DNA of 64,000 nucleotides from Escherichia coli (GCF_030013595.1 NZ_CP122768.1), one strand, 5' to 3'. Counted from the first letter of the stretch, positions 50,566 to 62,321 are shown. The notes: generated from the letters alone by a model not told the origin. Made by a program: numbers and translations.

Positions 50566-52277
50566 TGAGCGAAAAACATCCAGGGCCTTTAGTGGTCGAA
50601 GGAAAACTGACAGACGCCGAGCGCATGAAGCTTGAAAGCAACTACCTGCGCGGCACCATTGCGGAAGATTTAAACGACGGTCTGACCGGCGGCTTTAAGG
50701 GCGACAACTTCCTGCTGATCCGCTTCCACGGCATGTATCAGCAGGATGACCGCGACATCCGCGCCGAACGTGCTGAACAGAAGCTGGAGCCACGTCATGC
50801 AATGCTGTTGCGCTGTCGTCTGCCGGGTGGGGTGATTACCACCAAACAGTGGCAGGCGATCGATAAATTTGCCGGTGAAAACACCATCTATGGCAGCATT
50901 CGCCTGACCAACCGCCAGACGTTTCAGTTCCACGGCATTCTGAAAAAGAACGTCAAACCGGTGCACCAGATGCTGCACTCGGTCGGTCTTGATGCGCTGG
51001 CGACTGCTAACGACATGAACCGTAACGTACTCTGCACCTCGAACCCTTACGAGTCGCAGCTACACGCGGAAGCGTATGAATGGGCGAAGAAAATCTCTGA
51101 ACATCTGCTGCCGCGTACCCGCGCGTATGCGGAGATCTGGCTCGATCAGGAAAAAGTCGCCACCACCGATGAAGAACCGATCCTCGGTCAGACTTATTTG
51201 CCGCGTAAATTCAAAACCACGGTAGTGATCCCGCCGCAGAACGATATCGATCTGCATGCCAACGACATGAACTTCGTGGCAATCGCCGAAAACGGCAAGC
51301 TGGTGGGCTTTAACCTGTTGGTGGGCGGTGGGCTTTCTATCGAACACGGCAACAAGAAAACCTACGCCCGCACGGCGAGTGAGTTTGGCTATCTGCCGCT
51401 GGAGCATACGCTGGCGGTGGCAGAAGCCGTCGTGACGACTCAGCGCGACTGGGGTAACCGTACCGATCGTAAAAATGCCAAAACCAAATACACGCTGGAG
51501 CGCGTGGGGGTTGAGACGTTTAAAGCGGAAGTGGAGCGTCGCGCGGGGATCAAATTTGAACCGATCCGTCCATATGAGTTCACCGGACGCGGCGATCGTA
51601 TTGGCTGGGTTAAAGGCATTGATGATAACTGGCACCTGACGCTGTTTATCGAAAATGGTCGCATCCTTGATTATCCTGGGCGTCCGCTGAAAACCGGCCT
51701 GCTGGAGATCGCGAAGATCCACAAAGGCGATTTCCGCATTACGGCGAACCAGAATCTGATCATCGCCGGTGTGCCGGAAAGCGAGAAAGCGAAGATCGAG
51801 AAGATCGCCAAAGAGAGCGGGTTAATGAATGCCGTCACGCCGCAGCGTGAAAACTCAATGGCCTGCGTGTCATTCCCGACTTGCCCGCTGGCGATGGCGG
51901 AAGCGGAGCGTTTCCTGCCGTCTTTTATCGACAACATCGATAATTTAATGGCGAAACATGGTGTCAGCGATGAGCATATCGTGATGCGTGTAACAGGCTG
52001 CCCGAACGGTTGTGGTCGCGCGATGTTGGCGGAAGTGGGCCTGGTGGGTAAAGCGCCGGGTCGCTACAACCTGCATCTTGGCGGCAACCGCATTGGGACA
52101 CGTATCCCACGGATGTATAAAGAAAACATCACCGAGCCGGAAATCCTGGCGTCGCTTGATGAACTGATAGGGCGCTGGGCGAAAGAGCGCGAAGCGGGTG
52201 AAGGCTTCGGCGACTTTACGGTGCGTGCGGGCATCATTCGCCCGGTGCTCGATCCGGCGCGCGATTTGTGGGATTAA
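50565..52277 (+). CDS. cysI: Sulfite reductase [NADPH] hemoprotein beta component
   Basis: 570-aa ORF recognised as CysI; start overlaps cysJ stop. Confidence 0.95.
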   Translation: MSEKHPGPLVVEGKLTDAERMKLESNYLRGTIAEDLNDGLTGGFKGDNFLLIRFHGMYQQDDRDIRAERAEQKLEPRHAMLLRCRLPGGVITTKQWQAIDKFAGENTIYGSIRLTNRQTFQFHGILKKNVKPVHQMLHSVGLDALATANDMNRNVLCTSNPYESQLHAEAYEWAKKISEHLLPRTRAYAEIWLDQEKVATTDEEPILGQTYLPRKFKTTVVIPPQNDIDLHANDMNFVAIAENGKLVGFNLLVGGGLSIEHGNKKTYARTASEFGYLPLEHTLAVAEAVVTTQRDWGNRTDRKNAKTKYTLERVGVETFKAEVERRAGIKFEPIRPYEFTGRGDRIGWVKGIDDNWHLTLFIENGRILDYPGRPLKTGLLEIAKIHKGDFRITANQNLIIAGVPESEKAKIEKIAKESGLMNAVTPQRENSMACVSFPTCPLAMAEAERFLPSFIDNIDNLMAKHGVSDEHIVMRVTGCPNGCGRAMLAEVGLVGKAPGRYNLHLGGNRIGTRIPRMYKENITEPEILASLDELIGRWAKEREAGEGFGDFTVRAGIIRPVLDPARDLWD

Positions 52278-52295
52278 CCATCAGCCCGGTCTTGT

Positions 52296-52335
52296 AGGCC
52301 TGATAAGACGCGTGAGCGTCGCATCAGGCAAGGCA
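52296..52335. repeat. REP element between cysI and cysH
   Basis: gtaggcctgataagacgcgtgagcgtcgcatcaggcaagg palindromic REP. Confidence 0.6.
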
Positions 52336-52350
52336 AACTGTGAGGAACTT

Positions 52351-53085
52351 ATGTCCAAACTCGATCTAAACGCCCTGAACGAACTGCCGAAGGTAGATCG
52401 CATTCTGGCGCTGGCAGAAACTAACGCCGAACTGGAAAAACTGGATGCTGAAGGCCGCGTTGCCTGGGCGCTGGATAATCTGCCCGGTGAATATGTACTT
52501 TCTTCCAGTTTCGGCATTCAGGCGGCGGTGAGCCTGCATCTGGTGAATCAGATTCACCCGGATATCCCGGTGATCCTGACCGATACGGGTTATCTGTTCC
52601 CGGAAACCTACCGCTTTATTGACGAGTTAACGGACAAACTCAAGCTCAACCTGAAAGTGTACCGCGCTACCGAAAGCGCCGCCTGGCAGGAAGCGCGCTA
52701 CGGCAAACTGTGGGAGCAGGGCGTTGAAGGCATTGAAAAGTACAATGACATCAACAAAGTCGAACCGATGAACCGGGCGCTGAAAGAACTGAATGCGCAA
52801 ACCTGGTTTGCTGGCCTGCGCCGTGAACAATCCGGCAGCCGCGCCAATTTACCGGTGCTGGCAATTCAGCGTGGCGTATTTAAAGTGCTGCCGATTATCG
52901 ACTGGGATAACCGAACTATTTATCAGTACCTGCAAAAACATGGCCTGAAATATCACCCATTATGGGATGAAGGATATTTATCGGTCGGTGATACCCATAC
53001 AACCCGTAAATGGGAACCCGGCATGGCGGAAGAAGAAACGCGTTTCTTTGGCTTAAAAAGAGAATGTGGGTTACACGAAGGGTAA
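52351..53085 (+). CDS. cysH: Phosphoadenosine phosphosulfate (PAPS) reductase
   Basis: ORF 52198..53085; true start [14 protein letters not shown] at ATG 52351 gives 244 aa. Confidence 0.95.
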   Translation: MSKLDLNALNELPKVDRILALAETNAELEKLDAEGRVAWALDNLPGEYVLSSSFGIQAAVSLHLVNQIHPDIPVILTDTGYLFPETYRFIDELTDKLKLNLKVYRATESAAWQEARYGKLWEQGVEGIEKYNDINKVEPMNRALKELNAQTWFAGLRREQSGSRANLPVLAIQRGVFKVLPIIDWDNRTIYQYLQKHGLKYHPLWDEGYLSVGDTHTTRKWEPGMAEEETRFFGLKRECGLHEG

Positions 53086-53102
53086 ATATTGCCGGATAAA
53101 TT

Positions 53103-53140
53103 AAACGCCTCTGTCAGAAATGATGGGGGCGTTTTTATTT
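53103..53140 (+). terminator. Candidate terminator of cysJIH
   Basis: aaacgcc...ggcgttt stem followed by ttttatttt. Confidence 0.4.
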
Positions 53141-53349
53141 TGCGAGCAGCATTCCTGATTTTAAACGTGAACGCCGCTGGAAGAATTATCAGGTATAGAA
53201 TGGCGTTGGGTGCTTGAGGCTGTCTGGCGTTAAGCATTCGCGAGGTTCCAGATGGACAAAAGCCCCAGGCGATATTTCTATCAACCTGAGGCCAGCGTTC
53301 GAACCCAAACAATTCGAATGTTAGTCTCTTCTTTGCAGGGAGGCAAGGC

Positions 53350-53502
53350 ATGCTGACAAAATATGCCCTTGTGGCAATCATAGTGCTGTGTTTTACAGTA
53401 CTGGGATTCACGCTGATGGTAGGCGACTCGTTGTGTGAGTTGAGTATCAGAGAACGTGGTATGGAGTTTAAGGCAGTTCTCGCTTACGAATCGAAGAAGT
53501 AG
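53350..53502 (+). CDS. Hok/Gef-family type I toxin (50 aa), cysH-proximal hok locus
   Basis: [50 protein letters not shown]: single TM helix plus conserved SLCE...R....E..A...YESKK Hok signature; below the 60-aa cutoff of the ORF track; 34-codon upstream ORF (53252-53356) ends ATGcTGA over its start (mok-like). Confidence 0.6.
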   Translation: MLTKYALVAIIVLCFTVLGFTLMVGDSLCELSIRERGMEFKAVLAYESKK

Positions 53503-53523
53503 CCACCACGCGGGGGTAAAACC

Positions 53524-54861
53524 CATAAGCGCTAACTTAAGGGTTGAACCATCTGAAGAATGCGACGCCTCGGTGCCTCGTTAAGACGATGCCTCGCGTT
53601 CTTCAATTGCGTTTTGTAGGCTGTCAGGGATACTGTCCCACGAATGGCCACCTGTAAGCTCCAGATGACCATTTTTGTTATTCTCCACAACGAGTTAGTT
53701 CTTCTTTTCGGATCCGGCACTTCTGGGGGGAAATCCAGCGATGGCTGGATTATGTCGTCAATTAAAAATGCGGCGAGTAGATTAGCAAATATCCACGCTT
53801 TCGCGAGTTCAGGTTCCTTTGCACGCAAAGCATCCAGGTGCAGCAAACTTTTGAGCCGCTTAAAAGCCAGTTCAATTTGCCATCGCAGACGGTAACAATC
53901 AGCCACTTGCTCTGCTGAATATTCATCTTCCGGTAATGATGTTAGCAATAGCACATGGCCCGCTGCTTCCAGCGTTTCCGCCTGAACTACTCGTCCTTTT
54001 CGACGATTCTCGCTGAGCAGTCGGGTTTTACTGATTAATGCTTTTTCGGGAGGAAGTGATACGGCAATGAGACGTGCCGGAAAGGGAGCTCCGGCTTTTT
54101 TATTACCTGAATTGCCTATCATTACAGTGGTTTCACCGTTCTTACCGCAATCCAGCCCGCGCAGAAAACCCATCATGTCAAAGCGCATTCCTTCTGCAGT
54201 TAACCAGCGCAATCCTCGCCAGTGAACCCGGACGATATAATCAGCTTCTCCAAAAGCAAGTGAGCGGATACATTCGGGACGCGAACCGAATCCCCGGTCA
54301 GCAATGCGTATCTCGTCTGCCGTTTGCGCAAATCGGTCCAGCCGTTCAGCGTCTCTGCTGTCGGTTAGCTCAAAATCAGTGAACTGACAGGTATGAGGAT
54401 CATATCCCATATGTAGTCGCCATTCAGCGCTGCCGCCCCCGGGCGCACTGATTGCTGTTCCATCGACAAGACGCAATCTCTTTCCGCTTGTACAACCCGT
54501 AACTGCGGCGCGTACAGCAAGTGTTTGTGCGGCAAGTATGCCAAACCAGTCGGCGGCATTCCGCAGCCGCTTCAGGAGAGCCACGTCAGATAATGTTGCA
54601 ACGTCATGGAGCTGAGCCCATGCAGTGACTTCACGTAATGACATCCCCCCGGGGCCGTAAGCCAGCCCCAGACGTAGCAGAGTTGCAGCATCACGAATTT
54701 CGCGGCGGCGGGTTAGAGCCCCGGCATTACGTGCCGAAGTATCCAGTTCTTCGGGCTTACCAATATGGGCCAGAATTGCTGACCAGTTATCGTGAGAGTA
54801 ATTCATCGGCACGTTAAATCATATCAGGCGTAATACCACAACCCTTAAGTTAGCGCTTATG
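53524..54861 (-). mobile_element. IS186 (IS4 family) insertion sequence, about 1.34 kb
   Basis: Terminal inverted repeats CATAAGCGCTAACTTAAGGGTTG at 53524-53546 and 54839-54861; flanked by direct repeats GGGTAAAACC; single transposase ORF. Confidence 0.85.
53532..54644 (-). CDS. insL: IS186 transposase (DDE, IS4 family)
   Basis: ORF 53532..54812 (426 aa); start at MSLREVTAWAQLHD would give the 370-aa form I recall for K-12 InsL; the longer in-frame extension may or may not be translated. Confidence 0.8.
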   Translation of the reverse strand: MSLREVTAWAQLHDVATLSDVALLKRLRNAADWFGILAAQTLAVRAAVTGCTSGKRLRLVDGTAISAPGGGSAEWRLHMGYDPHTCQFTDFELTDSRDAERLDRFAQTADEIRIADRGFGSRPECIRSLAFGEADYIVRVHWRGLRWLTAEGMRFDMMGFLRGLDCGKNGETTVMIGNSGNKKAGAPFPARLIAVSLPPEKALISKTRLLSENRRKGRVVQAETLEAAGHVLLLTSLPEDEYSAEQVADCYRLRWQIELAFKRLKSLLHLDALRAKEPELAKAWIFANLLAAFLIDDIIQPSLDFPPEVPDPKRRTNSLWRITKMVIWSLQVAIRGTVSLTAYKTQLKNARHRLNEAPRRRILQMVQPLS

Positions 54862-54977
54862 GGGTAAAACCCCGCGTATTGAATTGTTAAAGTTTGGCCT
54901 CCTGCACCCCTTTTTTATACTCTGTTTCTGGTGGCATTGATTTCCTGCAGGCAAGGGAGTAATCATTTTCAAACCCA

Positions 54978-56015
54978 TCAAGACGCCTTCGCCAGCTCCT
55001 TCACCAGCGGTAGCATTATCCGCATAACATCACGGCAGCGACGTTCTATTCTTCCTGGAAGTGCCTTATCAATATGTTGTTGATTATCCAGTCTTACGTC
55101 ATGCCAGCTATTTCCCGCAGGGAATGCGGCTGTTTTTGCGCGTTGCTGATAACCATCTTTATTCCCAAGATTCCAGTTTGTTGCTTCTACCGAAAGTACG
55201 GCAATACCGGCTTTGTCGAAAACTTCGGCGTCATTACAACAGCCAGTACCCTTCGGATAATTTTTATTCAAACCCGGATTGGTCGTTGCGGCAATTCCAT
55301 GACTACGCGCAATTGCCAGCGCCCTGTCGCGCGTTAATTTCCTTACTGCTTCAGGGGTTTTTACACCGCTGTTGAAATACAATTTATCGCCAACAATTAA
55401 GTTATCGAGATTAATCACCAGCAGCGTATTTTTCTTTTCGGTGTCACTCATCCGCTTGAGTAAATTCTCAGCGCCTAATTTTCCTTCCTCTTCGCCGCTG
55501 GTCGCCACAAATCGAATACCATACTCGGTAGGCGTATTTTTCAGGCGTTCTGCCAGTTCCAGCATGACACCTAAACCTGCGGCGTTATCATCTATTCCTT
55601 GTAACGTCAGTCCGCCGAGATTGGCATCGGCGTCAGCATCGCTCAGCGGAGCGTAAGTATCCAGATGCGCCATAATGATGATCTGCTGCGGCGCTTTGCC
55701 TTCATGAGCGGCAATCACCGTACTTCCCGTCACGTTATGCCAGCTCTTGCGATTATCGCGGGCGGTATAAATATACCGACTATTAAATGTCCGAATATCA
55801 CTGCGATAACCCATTTGCTGAAACTGCTGGCGAATATAATCGGCAGATAACATTTCTGCAGGAGTTCCGGTCATGCGTCCCGGAAAGAAAGTAGCAATAT
55901 GTCGTGCCTGAGTATTAGCAAAATCGCCAGGTTTAGATGACGAGGCGTGTACGGGGAGAATAAAGCATACGCCGAGCGCCAGGGCAGCGGTACGGTGGCG
56001 CAATGCGGAAAACAT
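54978..56015 (-). CDS. iap: Alkaline phosphatase isozyme conversion aminopeptidase
   Basis: 345-aa ORF with signal peptide recognised as Iap. Confidence 0.9.
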   Translation of the reverse strand: MFSALRHRTAALALGVCFILPVHASSSKPGDFANTQARHIATFFPGRMTGTPAEMLSADYIRQQFQQMGYRSDIRTFNSRYIYTARDNRKSWHNVTGSTVIAAHEGKAPQQIIIMAHLDTYAPLSDADADANLGGLTLQGIDDNAAGLGVMLELAERLKNTPTEYGIRFVATSGEEEGKLGAENLLKRMSDTEKKNTLLVINLDNLIVGDKLYFNSGVKTPEAVRKLTRDRALAIARSHGIAATTNPGLNKNYPKGTGCCNDAEVFDKAGIAVLSVEATNWNLGNKDGYQQRAKTAAFPAGNSWHDVRLDNQQHIDKALPGRIERRCRDVMRIMLPLVKELAKAS

Positions 56016-56266
56016 AGTGAGTCCTTAAATACCATGCAAATTTTTTTACCGCCATAGTATGAAACTGCCGATGCGCTAAAACAATTTCAAATCTTCCTAA
56101 ACGCCCGAAATCCGGTGCCTTAAGCACTTTTTGATATTAGCTTTGCCAAATCGTTATTCCGTTAAGGAACTACTCATTCTAATTGGTAATTTCATTCGTT
56201 CTCCTGCGCTCCCTATAGTCGAAACATCTGATGGCAAGAAAATAGCGGTATTGCAAAGGAACGGTT

Positions 56267-57175
56267 ATGGATCAAAAACGACTTACTCACCTGCGGCAAC
56301 TGGAGGCGGAAAGCATCCACATTATTCGCGAGGTGGCGGCAGAATTCTCAAATCCGGTGATGCTCTACTCTATCGGTAAAGATTCCAGCGTCATGCTGCA
56401 TCTGGCGCGCAAGGCGTTTTATCCAGGTACGCTGCCTTTCCCGTTGCTGCATGTCGATACCGGCTGGAAATTCCGCGAGATGTATGAGTTCCGCGATCGT
56501 ACGGCTAAAGCCTACGGCTGCGAGCTGCTGGTGCATAAAAACCCGGAAGGCGTGGCGATGGGGATTAATCCATTCGTTCATGGCAGCGCGAAACATACCG
56601 ATATTATGAAAACTGAAGGCCTGAAACAGGCGCTGAATAAATACGGTTTTGATGCCGCCTTCGGTGGTGCACGCCGCGACGAAGAGAAATCCCGCGCTAA
56701 AGAGCGAATCTACTCTTTCCGTGACCGCTTCCATCGCTGGGATCCGAAAAATCAGCGCCCGGAGCTGTGGCACAACTACAACGGGCAAATTAACAAAGGC
56801 GAAAGCATTCGCGTCTTCCCGCTCTCTAACTGGACCGAGCAGGATATCTGGCAATACATCTGGCTGGAAAATATCGACATTGTTCCGCTGTATCTCGCTG
56901 CGGAACGACCGGTTCTGGAACGCGACGGTATGTTGATGATGATTGATGACAACCGTATCGACCTGCAACCGGGCGAAGTGATTAAAAAACGGATGGTGCG
57001 TTTCCGTACGCTGGGCTGCTGGCCGCTGACCGGCGCGGTGGAGTCAAATGCGCAAACACTGCCGGAGATCATCGAAGAGATGCTGGTCTCCACCACCAGT
57101 GAACGTCAGGGCCGCGTGATTGACCGCGACCAGGCGGGGTCTATGGAGCTGAAAAAACGTCAGGGGTATTTTTAA
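56267..57175 (+). CDS. cysD: Sulfate adenylyltransferase subunit 2
   Basis: 302-aa ORF recognised as CysD. Confidence 0.95.
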   Translation: MDQKRLTHLRQLEAESIHIIREVAAEFSNPVMLYSIGKDSSVMLHLARKAFYPGTLPFPLLHVDTGWKFREMYEFRDRTAKAYGCELLVHKNPEGVAMGINPFVHGSAKHTDIMKTEGLKQALNKYGFDAAFGGARRDEEKSRAKERIYSFRDRFHRWDPKNQRPELWHNYNGQINKGESIRVFPLSNWTEQDIWQYIWLENIDIVPLYLAAERPVLERDGMLMMIDDNRIDLQPGEVIKKRMVRFRTLGCWPLTGAVESNAQTLPEIIEEMLVSTTSERQGRVIDRDQAGSMELKKRQGYF

Positions 57176-57176
57176 G

Positions 57177-58604
57177 ATGAACACCGCACTTGCACAACAA
57201 ATCGCCAATGAAGGCGGCGTCGAAGCCTGGATGATTGCGCAACAACATAAAAGCCTGCTGCGTTTTCTGACCTGTGGTAGCGTCGATGACGGCAAAAGTA
57301 CCCTGATTGGTCGCCTGTTGCACGATACCCGCCAAATCTACGAAGATCAGCTCTCATCGCTGCATAACGACAGTAAACGTCACGGCACCCAGGGCGAAAA
57401 ACTGGATCTGGCACTGCTGGTGGACGGCCTGCAAGCTGAGCGCGAACAGGGCATCACCATTGACGTGGCTTACCGTTATTTCTCTACCGAGAAGCGTAAA
57501 TTTATTATCGCCGATACCCCAGGGCACGAGCAGTACACTCGCAATATGGCGACTGGCGCATCGACATGTGAACTGGCGATCTTACTGATCGATGCCCGTA
57601 AAGGCGTGCTCGATCAAACCCGTCGTCACAGTTTTATCTCCACACTGTTGGGGATCAAACATCTGGTCGTGGCGATCAACAAAATGGATCTGGTGGATTA
57701 CAGTGAAGAGACGTTCACCCGTATTCGTGAAGATTATCTGACCTTTGCCGGGCAGCTGCCGGGTAATCTGGATATCCGCTTTGTGCCGCTCTCCGCACTG
57801 GAAGGTGACAACGTGGCTTCGCAAAGTGAAAGTATGCCGTGGTACAGCGGTCCGACACTGCTCGAAGTGCTGGAAACCGTGGAGATCCAGCGAGTGGTGG
57901 ATGCCCAGCCAATGCGCTTCCCGGTGCAGTACGTTAATCGCCCGAATCTCGATTTTCGTGGCTACGCCGGAACGCTGGCATCCGGTCGAGTGGAAGTCGG
58001 GCAACGTGTCAAAGTGCTGCCCTCTGGTGTGGAATCAAACGTCGCGCGGATCGTGACTTTTGATGGCGATCGCGAAGAAGCCTTTGCCGGAGAAGCGATC
58101 ACCCTGGTGCTGACGGATGAGATCGACATCAGCCGTGGCGATCTGCTGCTGGCGGCAGACGAAGCGTTACCGGCTGTGCAGAGCGCGTCGGTGGATGTGG
58201 TATGGATGGCGGAACAGCCGCTTTCCGCGGGCCAGAGTTATGACATCAAAATTGCCGGTAAGAAGACGCGTGCTCGTGTTGATGGTATTCGTTATCAGGT
58301 TGATATTAATAACCTTACCCAACGCGAAGTTGAAAACCTGCCGCTGAACGGCATCGGCCTGGTGGATCTCACTTTTGACGAGCCACTGGTGTTAGATCGT
58401 TATCAGCAAAATCCGGTTACCGGTGGGCTGATTTTTATCGATCGCCTGAGCAATGTGACCGTGGGTGCCGGTATGGTGCACGAGCCAGTTAGCCAGGCAA
58501 CTGCTGCGCCATCTGAATTCAGTGCATTTGAACTGGAATTGAATGCCCTGGTTCGTCGCCACTTTCCGCACTGGGGCGCACGCGATTTGCTGGGGGATAA
58601 ATAA
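57177..58604 (+). CDS. cysN: Sulfate adenylyltransferase subunit 1 (GTPase)
   Basis: 475-aa ORF recognised as CysN; G-domain motif GSVDDGKST. Confidence 0.95.
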
Positions 58605-59209
58605 TGGCGCTGCATGACGAAAACGTCGTCTGGCATAGCCATCCAGTCACTGTACAACAACGCGAGCTACACCACGGTCATCGTGGTGTAGTGCTGTGGT
58701 TTACCGGCCTCTCCGGGTCCGGTAAATCAACGGTCGCCGGGGCGCTGGAGGAGGCGTTACATAAACTCGGCGTCAGTACGTATCTGCTGGATGGCGACAA
58801 TGTTCGCCACGGATTATGCAGCGATCTCGGTTTTAGCGATGCCGATCGTAAAGAGAATATCCGTCGCGTCGGTGAAGTGGCGAATTTGATGGTTGAAGCC
58901 GGACTGGTGGTGCTGACCGCATTTATCTCGCCACACCGCGCCGAACGCCAGATGGTTCGTGAACGCGTAGGAGAAGGGCGCTTTATCGAAGTATTTGTCG
59001 ATACGCCGCTGGCGATTTGCGAAGCCCGCGATCCAAAAGGCTTATATAAGAAAGCGCGTGCCGGTGAACTGCGCAACTTTACGGGAATAGATTCCGTTTA
59101 CGAAGCGCCTGAATCGGCAGAAATTCATCTCAATGGTGAACAATTAGTAACAAATTTGGTACAGCAATTATTAGATCTGTTGAGACAGAACGATATTATC
59201 AGATCCTGA
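58604..59209 (+). CDS. cysC: Adenylylsulfate (APS) kinase
   Basis: 201-aa ORF recognised as CysC; P-loop GLSGSGKST. Confidence 0.95.
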
Positions 59210-59258
59210 GACACCACCGGGTTTCCATGCCCGGTTCGTCAAAGTAACAGGATCAAAT

Positions 59259-59582
59259 ATGCGTAATAGCCATAACATTACACTAACAAATAACGACAGC
59301 CTTACTGAGGATGAAGAAACCACATGGTCACTGCCTGGTGCCGTGGTCGGTTTTATCTCCTGGTTATTTGCGCTGGCGATGCCGATGTTGATTTATGGCT
59401 CTAACACGCTGTTCTTCTTTATCTACACCTGGCCTTTCTTTCTGGCACTGATGCCTGTCGCGGTAGTGGTGGGGATTGCGCTGCATTCATTGATGGACGG
59501 AAAGCTACGCTACAGTATTGTTTTCACCCTGATGACAGTAGGCATTATGTTTGGCGCACTGTTTATGTGGCTACTGGGCTAA
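59259..59582 (+). CDS. ygbE: Inner membrane protein YgbE (DUF3561)
   Basis: 107-aa hydrophobic ORF recognised as YgbE. Confidence 0.85.
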   Translation: MRNSHNITLTNNDSLTEDEETTWSLPGAVVGFISWLFALAMPMLIYGSNTLFFFIYTWPFFLALMPVAVVVGIALHSLMDGKLRYSIVFTLMTVGIMFGALFMWLLG

Positions 59583-59775
59583 TTTGTACTTTCTTGTCTC
59601 CTCTGTTCATAATTCAAACCGTAACTAATAATGAGATTATGTTCTGCACGCCCTGGGTATACGTAACAATGGACAAATGTGGTACATTTGCCCGCGTTGT
59701 CGCGGTATCCCCAACAGAGGATGTAGAGTCGTCTTCGGATGCATGGGATGATGATGCCGTTTTTCAGGGGGCAGG

Positions 59776-60087
59776 ATGGGTAAACTAACGCTGCTGTTGC
59801 TGGCTATTCTGGTCTGGCTACAGTATTCGCTGTGGTTCGGTAAGAACGGTATACATGACTATACCCGCGTCAATGATGATGTGGCGGCACAGCAAGCTAC
59901 AAACGCGAAACTTAAAGCGCGAAACGATCAACTTTTTGCCGAAATTGACGATCTCAATGGCGGCCAGGAGGCGCTCGAAGAGCGTGCGCGTAATGAACTC
60001 AGCATGACCAGGCCGGGCGAAACTTTTTATCGTCTGGTGCCTGACGCGTCGAAGCGCGCACAGTCTGCGGGGCAAAACAATCGATAA
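59776..60087 (+). CDS. ftsB: Cell division protein FtsB
   Basis: 103-aa ORF recognised as FtsB. Confidence 0.9.
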
Positions 60088-60105
60088 ATCAGCCCAGGAA
60101 TTAAC

Positions 60106-60816
60106 ATGGCAACCACTCATTTGGATGTTTGCGCCGTGGTTCCGGCGGCCGGATTTGGCCGTCGAATGCAAACGGAATGTCCTAAGCAATATCTCTCAAT
60201 CGGTAATCAAACCATTCTTGAACACTCGGTGCATGCGCTGCTGGCGCATCCCCGGGTGAAACATGTCGTCATTGCCATAAGTCCTGGCGATAGCCGTTTT
60301 GCACAACTTCCTCTGGCGAATCATCCGCAAATCACCGTTGTAGATGGCGGTGATGAGCGTGCCGATTCGGTGCTGGCAGGTCTGAAAGCCGCTGGCGACG
60401 CGCAGTGGGTATTGGTGCATGACGCCGCTCGTCCTTGTCTGCATCAGGATGACCTCGCGCGATTGTTGGCGTTGAGCGAAACCAGCCGCACGGGGGGGAT
60501 CCTCGCCGCACCAGTGCGCGATACGATGAAACGTGCCGAACCGGGCAAAAATGCCATTGCTCATACCGTTGATCGCAACGGCTTATGGCACGCGCTGACG
60601 CCGCAATTTTTCCCTCGTGAGCTGTTACATGACTGCCTGACGCGCGCTCTAAATGAAGGCGCTACCATTACCGACGAAGCCTCGGCGCTGGAATATTGCG
60701 GATTCCATCCGCAGTTGGTCGAAGGCCGCGCGGATAACATTAAAGTCACGCGCCCGGAAGATTTGGCACTGGCCGAGTTTTACCTCACCCGAACCATCCA
60801 TCAGGAGAATACATAA
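60106..60816 (+). CDS. ispD: 2-C-methyl-D-erythritol 4-phosphate cytidylyltransferase
   Basis: 236-aa ORF recognised as IspD. Confidence 0.95.
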
Positions 60817-61295
60817 TGCGAATTGGACACGGTTTTGACGTACACGCCTTTGGCGGTGAAGGCCCAATTATCATTGGTGGCGTACGCATTCCTTACGAAA
60901 AAGGATTGCTGGCGCATTCTGATGGCGACGTGGCGCTCCATGCGTTGACCGATGCATTGCTTGGCGCGGCGGCGCTGGGGGATATCGGCAAGCTGTTCCC
61001 GGATACCGATCCGGCATTTAAAGGTGCCGACAGCCGCGAGCTGCTACGCGAAGCCTGGCGTCGTATTCAGGCGAAGGGTTATACCCTGGGCAACGTCGAT
61101 GTCACTATCATCGCTCAGGCACCGAAGATGTTGCCGCACATACCACAAATGCGCGTGTTTATTGCCGAAGATCTCGGCTGCCATATGGATGATGTTAACG
61201 TGAAAGCCACTACTACGGAAAAACTTGGATTTACCGGACGTGGGGAAGGGATTGCCTGTGAAGCGGTGGCGCTACTCATTAAGGCAACAAAATGA
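60816..61295 (+). CDS. ispF: 2-C-methyl-D-erythritol 2,4-cyclodiphosphate synthase
   Basis: 159-aa ORF recognised as IspF; overlaps ispD stop. Confidence 0.95.
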
Positions 61296-62321
61296 TTGAG
61301 TTTGATAATCTCACTTACCTCCACGGTAAACCGCAAGGCACCGGGTTGCTGAAAGCCAATCCGGAAGACTTTGTGGTGGTGGAAGATTTGGGCTTTGAGC
61401 CTGATGGTGAAGGTGAGCATATTCTGGTTAGAATCCTCAAAAACGGCTGCAATACCCGTTTTGTGGCGGATGCACTGGCGAAATTCCTGAAAATTCATGC
61501 CCGTGAAGTCAGCTTCGCTGGGCAAAAAGACAAACATGCTGTAACGGAACAGTGGTTATGTGCTCGCGTGCCGGGCAAGGAAATTCCCGATCTGAGCGCC
61601 TTTCAACTGGAAGGCTGCCAGGTGCTGGAGTATGTGCGGCACAAGCGCAAGCTGCGTTTAGGGGCGCTGAAAGGTAACGCCTTTACCCTGGTTCTGCGCG
61701 AAGTGAGCAATCGCGATGACGTTGAACAACGTCTGATCGATATTTGCGTAAAAGGTGTACCGAACTACTTCGGTGCCCAACGTTTCGGGATTGGCGGTAG
61801 CAACTTGCAGGGCGCGCTGCGCTGGGCGCAAACCAATACTCCGGTGCGCGATCGCAATAAACGGAGTTTTTGGTTGTCGGCAGCCCGCAGTGCGTTGTTT
61901 AATCAGATTGTTGCTGAGCGCCTCAAAAAAGCAGACGTTAATCAAGTTGTTGACGGCGATGCGCTACAATTAGCCGGACGTGGTAGCTGGTTTGTCGCAA
62001 CCACCGAAGAACTGGCGGAATTACAGCGTCGCGTCAACGATAAAGAGCTGATGATAACCGCCGCATTGCCGGGCAGTGGCGAATGGGGAACTCAGCGTGA
62101 AGCGTTGGCATTCGAACAAGCAGCTGTCGCCGCAGAAACTGAATTACAAGCCTTACTGGTGCGCGAAAAAGTTGAAGCCGCGCGCAGAGCGATGCTGCTG
62201 TATCCGCAACAATTAAGCTGGAACTGGTGGGATGACGTCACCGTAGAAATCCGTTTCTGGCTTCCGGCGGGTAGTTTTGCAACCAGCGTTGTCAGGGAAC
62301 TTATCAACACAACAGGTGATT

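Noticed and set aside
53532-54812. Full 426-aa extent of the IS186 transposase ORF
   Set aside because: The in-frame N-terminal 56 codons may not be translated; the conserved product appears to begin at MSLREVTAWAQLHD (54644); I report the shorter form but cannot exclude the longer one
54862-54977. Possible CRISPR-I remnant between IS186 and iap
   Set aside because: Looked for the I-E repeat and its complement (GAGTTCCCCGCG / CGGTTTATCCCC); none present
56348-56968. 206-aa minus-strand ORF
   Set aside because: Antisense to cysD
59567-59788. 73-aa ORF between ygbE and ftsB
   Set aside because: Overlaps ygbE end and ftsB start, has no recognisable motif or RBS, and this interval is not known to encode a protein; could only be tested by ribosome profiling
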